A DNA stretch of 64,000 bases, taken from positions 1-64,000 of the forward strand of contig CAKUHB010000009.1 of NCBI GenBank assembly GCA_934655875.1, in the 5' to 3' direction. Below are positions 38,817-48,033 of this stretch, one piece after another. The notes under the pieces were generated by a model that made no database searches, was not told the DNA's origin, and saw only the letters and a list, made by a program, of their open reading frames with translations. The stretch's first letter is position 1, and every line of letters begins with the position of its first letter. A program made the position numbers and the translations under genes. The DNA comes from an uncultured Oscillospiraceae bacterium (GTDB lineage Bacteria > Bacillota > Clostridia > Oscillospirales > Oscillospiraceae).

Positions 38817-38860
38817 CCCCGGCGGCGGATACAGGCTTTGTATCTGCCGCCGGGGTTTTT
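38817..38860. terminator. Bidirectional rho-independent terminator at the 3' end of the GLUG surface-protein gene
   Basis: AAAA-ccccggcggcggatacaggctttgtatctgccgccgggg-TTTTT is a perfect 16-bp stem flanked by an A-tract and a T-tract, 10 nt beyond the stop of the minus-strand gene. Confidence 0.75.
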
Positions 38861-38869
38861 ATGGATTCT

Positions 38870-41800
38870 TTATTGCAGCTTTTCCTGCACTGCGGCCGGG
38901 ATGGCGCAGTTGTCCTTCGTCAGGTCGCTGCGGAAGTCGAAGGAGGCGGAGATGGAGATCTGGGTATCGACGATGCTGACCTGTACGCTGCCGCCGACCG
39001 AGGCGCGCAGGGCCGTGATTTTCCCATCCTGCACATCCAACTCGATCGTGCCGGGCAGATACTGCACATTGAGCTTCTCCGCGTCCGGCGCGATGGCGAT
39101 GGCCGCCTGCCGCGTGCGTTCCTCGCTGAGGGTCAGCGTGTAGGTATAGCCGCTCTGGGTCTGCGTGCTGCTCGCTGCGCCCTCCAGGCACGCGCGATAG
39201 GCAATGTCCATGAGATCCGCGCAGCGCACGAGCGTCTGCTCGCTGGCCGTCGGCGTTTTGCCGTCCTTCGTCCAGACCTGCTCGCCCACGAAATAGAGCT
39301 CCAGCGCGCCCGCACGCAGGCAGCTGACCGTTCTTCCGTCCTGCACGGTGCGGAAGTAGTCGAGCGAGGTATCGAAGATCACGGGGCCGCAGTTGGCGCT
39401 GAGCTTTACGCGTGCGGCCAGCGGGTCGCGCTTGCCAAGCTCCGACACAGCGGACAGCACCCGCAGCAGATCCTCGGTCAGCTCCAGCTTCCCCTGATAG
39501 CCGCCGTTCGCCATGGCGTCGGTCACGGCCTTGGGGACGCTGTGCACGGTCTGCGCGTCCTCCTCGATCGTCAGCTCGGCCCAGACGGTCATCGACTGGG
39601 TCTGGCCGTCGCTTCCCGCGGCTTTTCCGCTGCCGGAAGCTTCGATGGAGCGGATCGCACCGTCCGTCACGTGCATGCACAGGTCGATGCTCTCGACTGC
39701 GGTCAGAGAATCGGCGATCGTCGGCGTCAGCAGCGACAACGCCTGCTCCGCGTCCGAACCATAGGCCGTCACGGAATAGACCTCTTCCCCGCTCTCGCGG
39801 GCATAGGTCACGTCGGTCGCGTTATACAGCTCGAGAATATGCTCGCCCAGTGTGGAATAATCCGGGAACAGGCCGCTCGTGCGGTACGCGCTGCCGTTTT
39901 CGAGATAGATCGAGCCGTCATAATAATACAGCTGCACGCCGTTTTCCTCGATGCAGAGGATCTGCTTGCCGTCGGCCTGCGTGCGGAACAGATGCGCGTC
40001 CGTTTGCAGTGTCTCGCTGCCGAGCTCCATCTGTACGGAAGCGCTCATGTCCAGCTCTTTTCTGGCGGACAGATTTTTGAGCAGCAGCAGGGCGTCCACG
40101 CTGCTCTTGAGACTGGCGCGGTAGATGAGGATACCCGCCGCAGCCAGAGCCACAACAGCCAGCGCGATGATCCACCAGAGTCTGTGCTTCTTTTTCTTTT
40201 CTGCGGACAGCAGCTGCTCCTCCTCGGAAGGCACCTGCCCTGCGCCCTCGGACATGACCGCGTTGTTGGCGTTCTGCTCGGCCTGCATGGCACTGCGCAG
40301 CGCCTGCATCTGGCGTCTTCTTGCCTTGCCGAGCTTGTGAATAAGGTGGATGATCAGCAGCACCAGCAGCGCCGCGAGCCCTGCCAGCACGATCCAGAGC
40401 CACCAGACCTGGAACGTCGACAGTGCCGCCAGCTGCACCGTCTGTCCTTCCGCCTGGAAGGACAGATAGCTGCCGACCTGCGTGGTCTTGACCTTTTTCC
40501 AGACGCCGTTTTCGTTCTGCAAATAGATATCCAGCTTCCCCTTCTGGCCGTCCGGCGCGCGGTAGCGGATGGTATGCGTCTGCGCGCCGTCGTCCGGCAG
40601 GCGCAGCTGCCACTGCTCGACAACGGACTTGGCAACATGCGCCGCAGGCGCATGGCCGTCGGAGATATTCTCAAAGTATTTCCGGATCGCTTCCGGGATG
40701 CTGGCGGAGATCTCGCCGAATGCGGACGGTGTGATCGCCTGCGGCTGCGCTTGCAGCCGGTCGGTGTCCGTATACGCGCCCTCGGCAAAGAAGACCGGGC
40801 GGCCGTCGCCGCGGGCCGCTTCGCTGGTCAGCGCATCCACACAGGTGTGGTATTCCGCCGTGACGGTGGTGTCAAAGCGGATGTTTTGCAGGCTCCGGAT
40901 ATCCCAGACGCCGTACTGGCCGTCCACCGCGGGGATCTCCGGATAGACGGAATCGTCAAGCGAGTCGCCATAGTCCACCGCGACGGTCTTCAGGATCTCG
41001 CCGTCTGCCACGAACTGCACCGTAAAGGTCTTGAACGCGTCCGGGAGCGCTTCGTTCTCCAGAAGCGACCGGTAGGAGACCGGCTCCGCCTGCGTGCTGA
41101 CGCTCACGCCGTCAAGACCCGCCAGCGTGTCAGAGACGAAGCGGTTGTCTGCGAATGTCCCGGCATTGCTGCCCGCGATCGCACCGGCGTACTGCTCGCA
41201 GTCCGTGATGGTCACGAGCGACGTGCAGCCGGTGACGGTGCTGCCGTCTCCTGTCAGGCTGTCCGTCACGCCGGAGCCGACGATGCCGCCAAGATACCGG
41301 CTGCCGGACAGCGCGCACTTGGCATAGCTGTCCTGCACCGCGGCGGCGCAGATCCCGGCAATGCCGCCGACATAGCTGCCGCTCTCACTGTTTACGCTGC
41401 CGTAGGCTTCGCAGCTGTCGATCAGGCCCAGATCCATCCGGCCGCAGATCGCCGCCGCGCAGTCCTTTTTGGCCGTGACGCTGCCGGTATTGACGCAGCT
41501 CTGCAAAACGGCCTTCAGCTCATACTGCTTGCGCTCCTGCGTGGAAAGGCTTTCGGAGACGTCGCTCTCGGGGTCGACGTCATATTCCAGCGCCATCGCG
41601 CCGGCAATGCCGCCGACGTTGCGGTCGGCCTGCACGCTGCCGCTGTTTTTGCAGCCGCGCAGCGCGCCGAGCGTCACCGCGTCCGCCGCATCCTGCGACG
41701 TATCCGAGATCACATCCTGATTCTCCACGGCGTCCATGGCATCGAACACCGTCTGGCTGATCTCATCGAGCTTGTCGCTGACGGCTTGCAGATCGCCGGT

Positions 41801-43285
41801 CAGCGTCGCAGAGAGGTTGGCTGTTTGGGAGCCGATGGCGCGCATCTGTGCGCCCATGCCGCTCAGTGCGGAAGCAAGCTCCGGCAAAGACGCGTCGGCG
41901 TTCATTTGCAGCGACGCGCTGATCGCGCCTGCGCCGTCTGTGCCGCCGGACAGCGACACATCCGAGGGATCCACATAGCCGCCCGCACCGACGCCCGCAC
42001 CAATGCCGTGCGAGGTATCGATCTCGATCGGGTGACTGGAAATGCTGACGCTGCTGTCCGTCCCCGCGCCCGCCGCAACTCCGGCGCCCGCAGTGGCTTC
42101 GCCGATCTCCAGCTCTGCGCCGCCCGAAATGCCGCCGTTTGCCAGTGCGCTGCCGTCAATCGTGGCGCTGGCCTTGAGGTTATTGGCCGCGTTCGACGCG
42201 CTGTCCAGATACGAGCCCATCCCGGCCAGCTGCGAACCGATGGCGCTGGCCGCGCCGCCGGCGTCTTCGGTTGCCTTGTCGGTCAGCGTTTTGAGCTCCT
42301 GCAGCTGCCGCTGGAGCTGATCTTTCGTGCTTTCCGAGACGATGATCGCCACATACGGCTCTGCCTGTCCGGCGATGCCGCCGACGTCCTTGCGGCCGAA
42401 GATCGTGCCGGTGTTGGTATTGTTGAGCAGATACCCGCTCGTGCTGCCGGCGATGCCGCCGACGTTATAGCCCACATGCTCATAGCCGACCGTGCCCTCG
42501 TTCGTGCAGCCGACGATCATGCCGGTGTTGCTCCCGGCGATGCCGCCGGTGGAGGTCGTCGTGAGAAGGGTCTGGGACTTGTTCAGATTGGCAAGATCGA
42601 AGGTCAGATCGATCTGAATGTCGGTCAGGTTCAGCGCGGCGTCCACGCTGTTGGGGTTGACGCTGCCGCTGTTGGTGCAGTGGCGGATCACGCCGCTGTT
42701 CCGTCCGGCGATGCCGCCGGTGGCGTTCGTCGCCTGCACCATGCCGGTAAACGTGCTGCTGATGATCTCGCCGGACAGCTCGTTGCAGCCGACAAGACCG
42801 CCGATCTGCGCGTCGCCCTGCACCATGCCGGTGAAGCTGCAGCAGACGATGCGGCCGTAGTTTTCGCCTGCAATGCCGCCGCAGACCGTCTGGTCGCCGC
42901 CCGCGGCGACAGAGCCTGTCACGTTCAGATTTTCCACCTGCCCGGAGGGCTGGATGGTGCCGAAGAGGCCGGCCGGGCTGTAGCTGCCTGTCAGATCAAA
43001 GTCGGAAATGGTATGCCCGCCGCCGTCAAACGTCCCGCCGAAGGACGCCGCAGGCGCGCAGTCCATGCCCGCCAGCGAAATATCCGTCCGCAGCACGACC
43101 GTCTTTCCCTGTGACCAGGTATCGAGCGCACAGTTTTTGACAAAGGCTTCAAAATCGCTTGCAGAATCGATATAAACGGTATCCGTGCCGTCCGCCGCGG
43201 CGGCGCACAGCACCGACGGCAGGCACAGACACAGAGCCAGAAGCAGCACCAGAAGGCGTCTGGCAAGAAGCGTTCTCTTATTCAT
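38870..43285 (-). CDS. Large surface protein with GLUG-type (GGIAG) repeats, two TM helices and a large C-terminal extracytoplasmic domain
   Basis: The start was trimmed to the ATG at 43285 (MNKRTLLARRLLVLLLALCLCLPSVLCAAAAD, a signal peptide, preceded by AAGGAGG). The Arg/Ser-rich 98-aa upstream extension of the ORF is judged spurious. Numerous GG(I/L)AG(S/R)N repeats are present, with TM helices (WWLWIVLAGLAALLVLLII and LWWIIALAVVALAAAGILIY). It is 1471 aa from the trimmed start. Confidence 0.7.
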   Translation of the reverse strand: MNKRTLLARRLLVLLLALCLCLPSVLCAAAADGTDTVYIDSASDFEAFVKNCALDTWSQGKTVVLRTDISLAGMDCAPAASFGGTFDGGGHTISDFDLTGSYSPAGLFGTIQPSGQVENLNVTGSVAAGGDQTVCGGIAGENYGRIVCCSFTGMVQGDAQIGGLVGCNELSGEIISSTFTGMVQATNATGGIAGRNSGVIRHCTNSGSVNPNSVDAALNLTDIQIDLTFDLANLNKSQTLLTTTSTGGIAGSNTGMIVGCTNEGTVGYEHVGYNVGGIAGSTSGYLLNNTNTGTIFGRKDVGGIAGQAEPYVAIIVSESTKDQLQRQLQELKTLTDKATEDAGGAASAIGSQLAGMGSYLDSASNAANNLKASATIDGSALANGGISGGAELEIGEATAGAGVAAGAGTDSSVSISSHPIEIDTSHGIGAGVGAGGYVDPSDVSLSGGTDGAGAISASLQMNADASLPELASALSGMGAQMRAIGSQTANLSATLTGDLQAVSDKLDEISQTVFDAMDAVENQDVISDTSQDAADAVTLGALRGCKNSGSVQADRNVGGIAGAMALEYDVDPESDVSESLSTQERKQYELKAVLQSCVNTGSVTAKKDCAAAICGRMDLGLIDSCEAYGSVNSESGSYVGGIAGICAAAVQDSYAKCALSGSRYLGGIVGSGVTDSLTGDGSTVTGCTSLVTITDCEQYAGAIAGSNAGTFADNRFVSDTLAGLDGVSVSTQAEPVSYRSLLENEALPDAFKTFTVQFVADGEILKTVAVDYGDSLDDSVYPEIPAVDGQYGVWDIRSLQNIRFDTTVTAEYHTCVDALTSEAARGDGRPVFFAEGAYTDTDRLQAQPQAITPSAFGEISASIPEAIRKYFENISDGHAPAAHVAKSVVEQWQLRLPDDGAQTHTIRYRAPDGQKGKLDIYLQNENGVWKKVKTTQVGSYLSFQAEGQTVQLAALSTFQVWWLWIVLAGLAALLVLLIIHLIHKLGKARRRQMQALRSAMQAEQNANNAVMSEGAGQVPSEEEQLLSAEKKKKHRLWWIIALAVVALAAAGILIYRASLKSSVDALLLLKNLSARKELDMSASVQMELGSETLQTDAHLFRTQADGKQILCIEENGVQLYYYDGSIYLENGSAYRTSGLFPDYSTLGEHILELYNATDVTYARESGEEVYSVTAYGSDAEQALSLLTPTIADSLTAVESIDLCMHVTDGAIRSIEASGSGKAAGSDGQTQSMTVWAELTIEEDAQTVHSVPKAVTDAMANGGYQGKLELTEDLLRVLSAVSELGKRDPLAARVKLSANCGPVIFDTSLDYFRTVQDGRTVSCLRAGALELYFVGEQVWTKDGKTPTASEQTLVRCADLMDIAYRACLEGAASSTQTQSGYTYTLTLSEERTRQAAIAIAPDAEKLNVQYLPGTIELDVQDGKITALRASVGGSVQVSIVDTQISISASFDFRSDLTKDNCAIPAAVQEKLQ

Positions 43286-45779
43286 CTGCCTGCGCCTCCT
43301 TTCCTGCATCCTCTGTATCCGGCGGCGTTTCGGGCGGAGCATCCGGTGCCTCCGGCTCCTCCTCTTCCGTGCCGGAGAGCAGGCTGACGTTGACATCGCC
43401 GTCCACGTACGCATGCACAACGCCGTGGATCTGGCCGCGGATCTCGCCGCGGACCATGCCGTCGATGCGGATGCGGCCGCTCGCCTGCCGCTGTGAAACA
43501 GCGGTCGGCATGTCGAAGGAGGTCTTATCGATGACCTTCTCGCCCAGCAGCAGGATCTGCGGGAGGATGAACATGACAATGATAATGGTAATGATCGTGC
43601 CGCGGCCCAGACTGTCGCCGATTCCGGCGATGGCCGCGTTGGAGGTCATCTGGCCGATCAGGATACCGGCAATGACCATCATAAGGCCCGAGGTGATGAT
43701 CGTCGGGAATGCGAGGTTCATCGTCTCGATGATCGCGTCCTTCTTTGGCATTTTGTCCTTAAATTCCATGAAGCGGCTGGTCGTCACGATGGCATAGTCG
43801 ATGTTCGCGCCCATCTGGATGGACGAGACAACCAGATAGCTGAGGAAGAACAGGGGGCTGTTCGTGATGGTGGGAATGCCGTAGTTGATCCAGATACTGC
43901 CCTGAATGACGAGGATCAGCAGGACCGGGATACCGGCCGATTTGAACGTGAACAGCAGGACCACAAGGACAATGAGGATGGACAGCACCGACACGACCAC
44001 GTTGTCGCGCGAGAACGACGCCTTGAAATCCTGCTCGGACGAGGAATCGCCCACGACATACACGTCGCCGTCCGGGTAATAGCTTTTCGTGACGAGCCGG
44101 ATCTGATCCAAGAACTCATACGTCTCGTCGCCGCCGACCGGCAGATTCAGATAGACCAGCATACGGCTGTAGCTGTCGGACTGCAGCTGCTTTTTCGCGT
44201 TCTGGATCTGCGTGTTGGCGTCCTCCAGCGTCTTGGTCATGTCATCGTCCAGAGAGACATAGCCCTGCTGCATCTCGTCGTAGAGGAACGAGAACATATC
44301 AATGAGCGGCACGGAATAGTTCGGCAGGCCACCGATGATCTTGCCGTAATTTTCGGTGTCTGCGGCATATGCCGCGTAGAGAAGCTCCGCGACCTCATAG
44401 TCGAGGTCGGTCAGCTCGGAGAACTGCCGCGGGTTCAGCGCGTCCGTCAGCATGTAGTCTCCCATGGCCTCCACATTGGAAAGGCCCAGCGTGGAATCGA
44501 CCTCGTCATAGGTCTCCAGCTCATCCAGAAGCTTCTTTTCCGACGGGTAATCCCCGGACGGGACCACGACGGCCACCATATTGGTCGAGCCGAAGGTCTC
44601 GTCGATCAGATTTTCCGCGATCTGCTGGTCGGACTGCTTCGCGGTCTTCAGATAGCTGAAGCCGTAGACATACGGGCAGTTCTGCGCGAAGATCATCGCG
44701 ACGATGATGACAGCAAGGAAGACCGGCGGGATGATCTTTTTGGTCGCATAGGCGAATCTGCCGACGAAGGGGATTTTCGGGACAAAGTTTTTGTGGCGCG
44801 TGGCGTCGATCTTCTTGCCGAACAGCATGAGAAGCCCCGGCATCAGGAAGAAGACGGAAAACAGCGAGAAGAAGATGGACTTGATCAGGCAGATACCGAG
44901 GTCAAAGCCCAGCCGGAACTCCATGAACAGCATCGCCACCAGACCGCCGATCGTCGTGAGACTGCTGCCGCAGATCTCCGGCACGGCCTTGCTGAGCGCG
45001 ACGATGACCGCCTCCCGGATGGGAAGCGTCTCATGCTCCTCCTTATAGCGGTTGCAGAGAATGATCGCATAGTCGACCGACAGCGCCAGCTGCAGAACGA
45101 TCGTGACGGAGTTCGACACGAACGAAATCGTGCCCAGCAGGAAGTTCGTGCCCATGTTCAGAAGCGCCGCCGCAACGAACGTGATCAGCAGCACCGGCAC
45201 CTCGGCATACGTCTGCGAGGTCAGAATCAGAACCGACACGACGACGATCGCCACGATGATGACGATGACGCCGATCTCCTGCGCGAGGACCTTGGACGCC
45301 GTATCGCCGAAGGTCGCGGAGACGTACATATCATAGTCTGCAAGACGCTCCTCCACCTCGTTCAGGACGGTCTCGCAGCGCTCGTCGTCCTCGGAATAGT
45401 CGAAGGTGATATCGTACAGCGCGGAAGCGTTCGTATAGTGCGCATCCGTGTCGTCAAACGTCACGCCCTGCACGCCGTCGATGTCCGCGAGCTGCTCGCG
45501 GATCGCTTCCGCTTCATCGTAGGAGACGTTGACGAGCATGATCTGCGCCGTGCCGAACGTCGTAAATTCGTCCTCCATAAGCTGCAGGCCCCGATACGTC
45601 TCGGAGTCCTTCGGCAGGTAGGCGGAAAGCTGATTTTCCACCTGCACCCAGTTGCGCGAGAAAACCGAAAAGATCAGCCCAATTGCAACGATCAGGAAGA
45701 TCAGGTTTCGCTTATCAACGATAAAGCTGGCAAATTTGTACATAAAGCCTTCATTCTGGTTCTTTGCATTCTGGCTCAT
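43278..45779 (-). CDS. MMPL/RND-superfamily membrane transporter
   Basis: 833 aa with two hydrophobic 6-TM bundles, each followed by a large loop (MMPL topology), and an acidic P/E-rich C-terminal tail. Its stop overlaps the downstream gene start (ATGAATAA). Confidence 0.8.
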   Translation of the reverse strand: MSQNAKNQNEGFMYKFASFIVDKRNLIFLIVAIGLIFSVFSRNWVQVENQLSAYLPKDSETYRGLQLMEDEFTTFGTAQIMLVNVSYDEAEAIREQLADIDGVQGVTFDDTDAHYTNASALYDITFDYSEDDERCETVLNEVEERLADYDMYVSATFGDTASKVLAQEIGVIVIIVAIVVVSVLILTSQTYAEVPVLLITFVAAALLNMGTNFLLGTISFVSNSVTIVLQLALSVDYAIILCNRYKEEHETLPIREAVIVALSKAVPEICGSSLTTIGGLVAMLFMEFRLGFDLGICLIKSIFFSLFSVFFLMPGLLMLFGKKIDATRHKNFVPKIPFVGRFAYATKKIIPPVFLAVIIVAMIFAQNCPYVYGFSYLKTAKQSDQQIAENLIDETFGSTNMVAVVVPSGDYPSEKKLLDELETYDEVDSTLGLSNVEAMGDYMLTDALNPRQFSELTDLDYEVAELLYAAYAADTENYGKIIGGLPNYSVPLIDMFSFLYDEMQQGYVSLDDDMTKTLEDANTQIQNAKKQLQSDSYSRMLVYLNLPVGGDETYEFLDQIRLVTKSYYPDGDVYVVGDSSSEQDFKASFSRDNVVVSVLSILIVLVVLLFTFKSAGIPVLLILVIQGSIWINYGIPTITNSPLFFLSYLVVSSIQMGANIDYAIVTTSRFMEFKDKMPKKDAIIETMNLAFPTIITSGLMMVIAGILIGQMTSNAAIAGIGDSLGRGTIITIIIVMFILPQILLLGEKVIDKTSFDMPTAVSQRQASGRIRIDGMVRGEIRGQIHGVVHAYVDGDVNVSLLSGTEEEEPEAPDAPPETPPDTEDAGKEAQADE

Positions 45780-45989
45780 ACGTCACACTCCCGTTGTTCT
45801 GCTCCTTAAAAATTCAATCCAGTTTAGCACAAAATTACTTCATTTGGCAATATGCAAACCGCCGAAGTTGACCAAGCAAAATCGTCACTTCTCCCAGCAG
45901 ATCAACGCCCCGCCGAGCACAAAAACGAGGGCCTTTATGCAAAGCATAAAAGCCCTCTCACCCCACACACTCCGCAGCGAACCGCCCGC

Positions 45990-46390
45990 TCCAGCCGCTT
46001 ATGGATCAACTAAAAACAAAATCGCAATCCAGCGTCAGCGATTGCGATTTTGAAGCGAAGAAACGCCCCGTCCGGCTAAGAAGCCTCGCCGCAAGGCGGG
46101 GATTCGTGCCGTAAGGGGCGTTTCTGCGCTGTGTTGTGCGAATACGATGATCAATTCCCAAGTTGGCAGCACAAAACTGTGACCCAGCGAAGCGGTCACA
46201 GTTTTGAAGCGAGGAGCAGCGGAGCAAGTGAGAGATGACTTTTTATGCAGCGCATAAAAAGTCGTCGCGAACTTGCGCAGTTCGCGACGAGCTGTGTCAT
46301 GTGAACACTATGGATCAACTATCAGATTTGAAGCACAAACCCGCAATCCAGCGAAGCGATTGCGGGTTTGAACGAAGAAAGACCTTTGCT
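45990..46390. repeat. Cluster of three paralogous ~70-bp hairpin repeat units, plus additional GC-rich hairpins
   Basis: Each of the three units has ATGGATCAACT / ATGATCAATT, then a 12-bp stem with conserved loop CAGCG(A/T)(A/C)GCG flanked by an A-tract and TTTT, then GAAGCGAAG. The unit starts are 46001, ~46147 and 46310, with hairpins at 46017-46052, 46172-46206 and 46335-46370. The stems differ but keep complementarity (compensatory changes). There are also a nested 10-bp stem gaaacgcccc…ggggcgtttc (46060-46124) and hairpins at ~46230 and 46262-46286. Confidence 0.55.
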
Positions 46391-46443
46391 GTCGAGATGA
46401 ACGCGCTTGCGCGGTCATCTGACATACAAAGGTCATTTCTGAG

Positions 46444-46530
46444 TGGTGCCGGTGGCCGGACTCGAACCGGCACGCCATCGCTGGCGGTGGATTTTGAGTC
46501 CACTACGTCTACCAATTCCATCACACCGGC
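46444..46530 (-). tRNA. tRNA-Leu (anticodon CAA), CCA-encoded
   Basis: The reverse complement gccggtgtgatggaattggtagacgtagtggactCAAaatccaccgccagcgatggcgtgccggttcgagtccggccaccggcacca has a 7-bp acceptor stem, a D-arm with GG, the anticodon loop ctCAAaa, a long variable arm and a T-loop GGTTCGAGTCC. Confidence 0.88.
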
Positions 46531-46588
46531 GTTGCTGGCAGTTATTATACAGCATGGAACGTGGAAATTCAAGACAAACTTCTCTTGA

Positions 46589-47230
46589 TTATTCCGCTTC
46601 TGCCTTCATCTGTTCGTTGAGGTGCTTGCACAGCAGCGCCAGAGACGCGGCCATGTTCTCGTTCTGCACCAGAATATGCTCCGGGACGTTCAGATGCTTC
46701 GGAGCAAAGTTCCAGATGGCAAGAATGCCGTTGCTGATGAGAAGATCGCACACGGCCTGCGCCTGCTCGGCGGGAACAGTGATGATGCCGATCTTGATCT
46801 TGTCGCGCTGGCAGATCTCGCCCAGCCGCGACAGGTGCATGATGGGCTTGCCGCTCTTGTAAGTGCCGATGAGCGCGTCGTTCTCGTCGAACGCCGCAAC
46901 GATATTGAGGCCGTATTCCGCGAAGCCGGAATAGCCCAGCAGCGCGCGGCCAAGCTTGCCCGCGCCGATGAGGACGGCGTCGTTGGAGTTGCCGTAGCCG
47001 AGGAACTGCTCGATATCCGTGATGAGCGCGGCGCGGTTATAGCCGATCTTCGGTCGGCCGCCGCTCGAGACGAGCGCCAGATCCTTCCGCACCTGCACCT
47101 CGCCCATATGCAGACCTGCTGCCAGCGCCGTCGCGGAAATATTCGCGCCGCTGTTTTCCGGCAGTCCCTTGAGATAGGACAGATAGGTCGGCAGACGTTT
47201 GAGTGTTGCACGGGAGATTTCTTTTTCCAT
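46589..47230 (-). CDS. rex: Redox-sensing transcriptional repressor Rex
   Basis: 213 aa with an N-terminal winged HTH (ISRATLKRLPTYLSYL) and a Rossmann NADH-binding domain (AVLIGAGKLGRALLGY). Confidence 0.85.
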   Translation of the reverse strand: MEKEISRATLKRLPTYLSYLKGLPENSGANISATALAAGLHMGEVQVRKDLALVSSGGRPKIGYNRAALITDIEQFLGYGNSNDAVLIGAGKLGRALLGYSGFAEYGLNIVAAFDENDALIGTYKSGKPIMHLSRLGEICQRDKIKIGIITVPAEQAQAVCDLLISNGILAIWNFAPKHLNVPEHILVQNENMAASLALLCKHLNEQMKAEAE

Positions 47231-47249
47231 GGGCTCATGTCCTCTTTCC

Positions 47250-47274
47250 GATATCGATAATTTGTATCGATATC
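47250..47274. promoter_or_regulatory. Perfect inverted repeat GATATCGATA-atttg-TATCGATATC in the rex 5' region / sigE 3' flank
   Basis: 10-bp arms seen directly in the sequence. It could be a Rex or other regulator operator, or a weak AT-rich terminator for sigE. Confidence 0.3.
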
Positions 47275-47325
47275 TTTATACCATAACTGTTTTTCATTTT
47301 CAAGCCCTAATTTCTATGTTCTTAC

Positions 47326-48033
47326 TCAGCTGTAGATCTGCCGGGAGATCTCCCGCCGCAAGCGGAGCATAATGCGTTTTTCCAGCCGGGAAATATACGA
47401 CTGGGAAATCCCCATCAGGTCGGCGACCTCCTTCTGCGTCTTCTCCTGCCGCCCGCCAAGCCCGAAGCGCATGGAGACGATCTGCTTTTCCCGCTCCGGC
47501 AGCCGCAGCAGCGCCTGCCGCAGGAGCTGATGGTCCACATCGTCCTCCAGAGGGCGCATGACCACGTCGCTGTCGGTGCCGAGCACATCGGACAGCAGCA
47601 GCTCATTGCCGTCCCAGTCCGTATTGATCGGTTCGTCGAGCGAGACCTCCGTCTTCTGATTTGCGATCTTCCGGATGTGCATTAAGATCTCATTTTCAAT
47701 GCAGCGCGAGGAATACGTCGCCAGCTTGATGTTCCGGTCCGGCCGGAAGGTTCCCACGGCCTTGATGAGACCAATGGTGCCGATGGAGATGAGATCCTCC
47801 AGATTGACCCCTGTGTTTTCAAAGCGCCGCGCGATATAAACGACCAGACGCAGATTGTGCTCGATCAGCGTCTGCCGGGCGGCTTCGTCGCCCTCCTGCA
47901 ATCGCTGCAATGCCTGCCGCTCCTGCTCCTGTGTGAGCGGCGCAGGCAGCACGTCGCTGCCGCCGATGTACATGATTTTTCCCGGCTGCAAAAGCCCCAG
48001 CTTCTGTAAGATCTGTTCCAGCTTCAAGATCAT
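47326..48033 (-). CDS. sigE: Sporulation sigma factor E (pro-sigma-E)
   Basis: 235 aa. The pro-sequence followed by [22 protein letters not shown]…[42 protein letters not shown]…[19 protein letters not shown] matches B. subtilis SigE almost motif-for-motif. ATGA overlap with spoIIGA. Confidence 0.88.
   Translation of the reverse strand: MILKLEQILQKLGLLQPGKIMYIGGSDVLPAPLTQEQERQALQRLQEGDEAARQTLIEHNLRLVVYIARRFENTGVNLEDLISIGTIGLIKAVGTFRPDRNIKLATYSSRCIENEILMHIRKIANQKTEVSLDEPINTDWDGNELLLSDVLGTDSDVVMRPLEDDVDHQLLRQALLRLPEREKQIVSMRFGLGGRQEKTQKEVADLMGISQSYISRLEKRIMLRLRREISRQIYS

Noticed and set aside
43286-43579. 98-codon 5' extension of the GLUG surface-protein ORF (MSCSSSRRSCCWARRS…)
   Set aside because: It is Arg/Ser-rich and overlaps the C-terminus of the upstream MMPL gene. 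A classic signal peptide with a strong AAGGAGG-ATG begins at 43285, so the extension is taken as a non-coding run-on of the open frame.
46001-46120. Short peptide ORFs starting MDQL… (R1, R3) within the hairpin repeats
   Set aside because: The apparent peptide similarity (SDCDFEAKK vs SDCGFERRK) follows from nucleotide-level repetition of a palindrome. There is no RBS, the frame is not conserved in the second copy, and stem covariation points to structural rather than coding constraint.
45990-46390. CRISPR array interpretation of the repeated hairpin units
   Set aside because: The units are spaced irregularly (~145 and ~160 bp apart). The repeats are not identical, the intervening sequences contain further unrelated hairpins, and no cas genes are nearby.
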